Assembly: GCF_006345805.1 (NCBI RefSeq)
Contig: NC_043005.1
Span: forward strand, 6,696,001-6,760,000
Direction of reading: 5' to 3'
From: Octopus sinensis
Taxonomy: Eukaryota
DNA: 64,000 nt
The notes below the pieces were generated by a model. That model was not told the origin of the DNA, made no database searches, and saw only the letters and a program-made list of their open reading frames with translations. Position numbers and translations under genes: made by a program. This document shows, in pieces, positions 60,956-64,000 of this stretch; position 1 is the first letter of the stretch; each line of letters starts with the position of its first letter.

Positions 60956-61535
60956 TGTGTCTGTGTGTGTATAAAATTATTATCCGTTTTCCATGCTAGC
61001 ATGGACTGGACGGTTCGACCGGGGGTCTGGGAAGCCAAGCATTTGTGCGTGCGTGTGTGTGTATATATATATGTGTGTGTGTGTATAGAAAATAAAACAT
61101 ATATCAGAAAAGAAGTACGCTGTTTGGCTTTGTGGATACGAAAGCTTTTGTAACTCTATGTCCAAACTTTAAATTTTCGTTGTAATAAATATATGTGTGT
61201 GTACTTTTTAAAACAACAATTTGTTCGTGTAGGAGAAAATGAGTTACATTTTAATAAACTTAAGGGTTTCTGTGTATGGCAGAAACCAAAGACCATGGGA
61301 TAAAATAACACTGCGATATTTAGTTACCTCCAAAATACACTCTGCAAATTAATATTTGTAAAAAATTGTTGATATTTTATGTAAAAGTTATATTTTATAG
61401 CTTAGGATCTCAAAGACTAAAGTTTTATAAAAGTGCAGCTAAACGACAGTGAACACAGGTGCGAATCAAAAGTTACCTCCCTTCAACTGTAAATTTCTAC
61501 TCGTCGCTTCACAAGTTATTTCCCAATAAATATAT

Positions 61536-61945
61536 ATTTCTTTATTGCCCAAAAAGGGGCTAAACACAGAGGGGACAAACAAGGACAGAGAAAGGAATTA
61601 AGTCGATTACATCGACCTCAGTGCGAAACTGGTACTTTTATTTATCGACCCCGAAAGGATGAAAGGCAAAGTCGACCTCGGCGGAATTTGAACTCAGAAC
61701 GTAACGACAGACGAAATACCTATTTCTTTATTACCCACAAAGGGGATAAACACAGAGAGGACAAACAAGGACAGACAAAAGGGATTACGTCGATTACATC
61801 GACCCCAGTGCGAAACTGGTACTTTTATTTATCGACCCCGAAAGGATGAAAGGCAAAGTCGACCTCGGCGGAATTTGAACTCAGAACGTAACGACAGACG
61901 AAATACCGCTAAGCATTCCGCCCGGCGCGCTAACGTTTCTGCCAC
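61536..61945 (-). mobile_element. SINE family B tandem dimer (tail type 1)
   Basis: Two nearly identical units with the same AAAGAAATA|GGTATTTC junction as 56630-57002. Confidence 0.88.
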
Positions 61946-62649
61946 GTTCAACTTGTACAATACAAAGTTAACTTTGTTTTGACTCCCACTAGTATCTATT
62001 CCGCTTTACTTACATCACCATCCTCATAGAGTAACTACTGGACATCGTACAAATTCAACTATGCACCACTGATAGTGATAATGGCTTTGAGCCTCAACAT
62101 GGTCGTTCGCCGTGTTAGAAATAGCAGTAAAATAACCCTCCAGTCACATCCTATTGTCTTAAGAGAGAGAGAAAAAAAAAGGATACATCGGATAATTTAG
62201 ACATAATGTAACTAAAAATAAAGATCTAGTTATGGCTGGAATGTCTTTCATCATAGATCGGGACTGAACTGACTTTAAACAACACTAACAGGAGATGAAT
62301 CTGATGTCCGAAAAAAAAACTCCGACTGTCCGTTAGCTGGAAAGGTAAGTCGTCCTTAGTATCGAAGTTTTGTATTCAACTTCAAGAAAATTAGCATGTC
62401 CTTCATTTTGATAATTGTTATTCAATATTTGAGGATAATGTTTTAATCTAAGATTATATTTACCATTGCTAAATTTGGAATAACCGCTTCAGATAGTAAA
62501 TAACACCGTGGCACAATGTTCATTCATCTGTGTAAAGGAAGTTGTCAAGTTACACGCACACAGCTTTATTTATTTGTTATTTGTTATGTTTTTTTTCTTC
62601 TTCTGTGTACGCAGATGCACGAAAGCATCTATTCATTTTTACTTGTAAG

Positions 62650-63200
62650 CAATATATATACATACATACATATACATATATATATACATACATATATATA
62701 TACATACATATATATATACATACATATATATATACATACATATATATATACATACATATATATATATATTATACATACATATGCATATATACATACATAT
62801 ATATATGTACATACATATGCATATATACATACATATATATACGTACATACATATATATACGTACATACATATACATACATATATATATATATATATACAT
62901 ATATATACATACATATATATATACATACATATGCATATATATATATATACATATGCATATATATATACATATATATATATATACATACGTATGCATATAT
63001 ACATACATATGCATATATACATATATATATGTACATACATATATATACATACATACATATACATACATACATATACATACATATATATATACATACATAT
63101 GCATATATATATATATACATACATATGCATATATACATACATATGCATATATATATATACATATATATATGTATATACATATACACACACGCACGCACAT
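62650..63200. repeat. Compound (TA)n/(CATA)n microsatellite
   Basis: Direct reading. Confidence 0.95.
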
Positions 63201-64000
63201 GCTCGTATACACTTTGATGTATGTACATCTGAGTATATGTGTAAGATTCGTTTTGGTGTAATCCACTGCCCCTCATAATTAAAGCAGTTAAACTCAAGGT
63301 GGGCCTTGATGCATGACTAGCGACATCCTGTTATAAGTCAATTGAAATTTGGTTTACATTACTTGATTAACTACGTAATATGCATTGAATGAGAAATTTC
63401 GCATATTCTGTAATATCGCTCATTATGTATTTCCCTAAGAGGCTCGAGGAAATATGTAAATGAAGTAGTTCACAGCAACCTAATGGGTTTAATAAACACA
63501 AGCAGAAGAGAAACAAGATTGAGTCATACGTGCAGTGAGACATTAACGAATCTATAGTCGCTTGACGGGCAAGAAATGACATTCAAGATTCTCTCATATT
63601 TACTCATTATCGTCTTAAAGATGTATAATATCCACTGTGAAGTCCCTGAAATGCAAAAAGGATACGAGGGCCAACACTATACCCCGTTAGTTGCATATTC
63701 TAGAGGCTTGCTGACTTGAACTACACAACAACAATAAAAGTCTTCAGTAAATCTATGAATAATGATAATATCAACTCATATTTAACCCTGTTTTCAATAA
63801 AGCATTTACTTCTGTCAAACGTCGGACAAAATGAGCGGCATTTCTTCCAGATCTTTACGTAATAAGTTCAATTCCCACCGAGGACAACTTTGTCTGTCTT
63901 CCTTACGGGACCGATAAAATAAAACACCAGTCAAGTAGTGAGGTGGATAATGTTGACTGTCCCACCACAAACAAGCACACACACACACCACAAATACATA

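Noticed and set aside
62292-62350. 53-nt candidate exon ending AAAG|GTAAGT
   Set aside because: The donor is strong, but the acceptor lacks a polypyrimidine tract and the peptide is unrecognisable; such motifs occur by chance.

Overview
This is AT-rich, repeat-saturated eukaryotic DNA. The microsatellite load and the SINE/LINE types resemble an octopus (coleoid cephalopod) genome; that assignment is my inference, not a database result. No intact host gene is evident, and nearly all long ORFs in the track are microsatellite translations or decayed transposon ORFs. Mobile content: seven GC-rich copies of a Tx1/L1-clade LINE in two head-to-tail nests (1-5198 and 24338-28837), plus one inverted internal fragment. 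There are three Penelope-like element (PLE) remnants with GIY-YIG domains and type-I hammerhead ribozyme folds, a near-complete decayed CR1 LINE, RTE LINE fragments, several tRNA-derived SINE families, two non-autonomous Helitrons, mariner and hAT remnants, and large simple-repeat and satellite arrays. Best leads: (1) an abundant tRNA-SINE whose last ~45 nt match the 3' end of the Tx1 LINE, with the same SINE body also carrying a second, unrelated tail; (2) stacking of that LINE in microsatellites, with exchangeable but structurally conserved 3'UTRs; (3) several hammerhead ribozymes, including a ~35-nt variant with a CCGACGA core seen twice; (4) an unexplained highly base-paired island at ~29190-29460. 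All coordinates and alignments were read by eye and may be off by a few bases.
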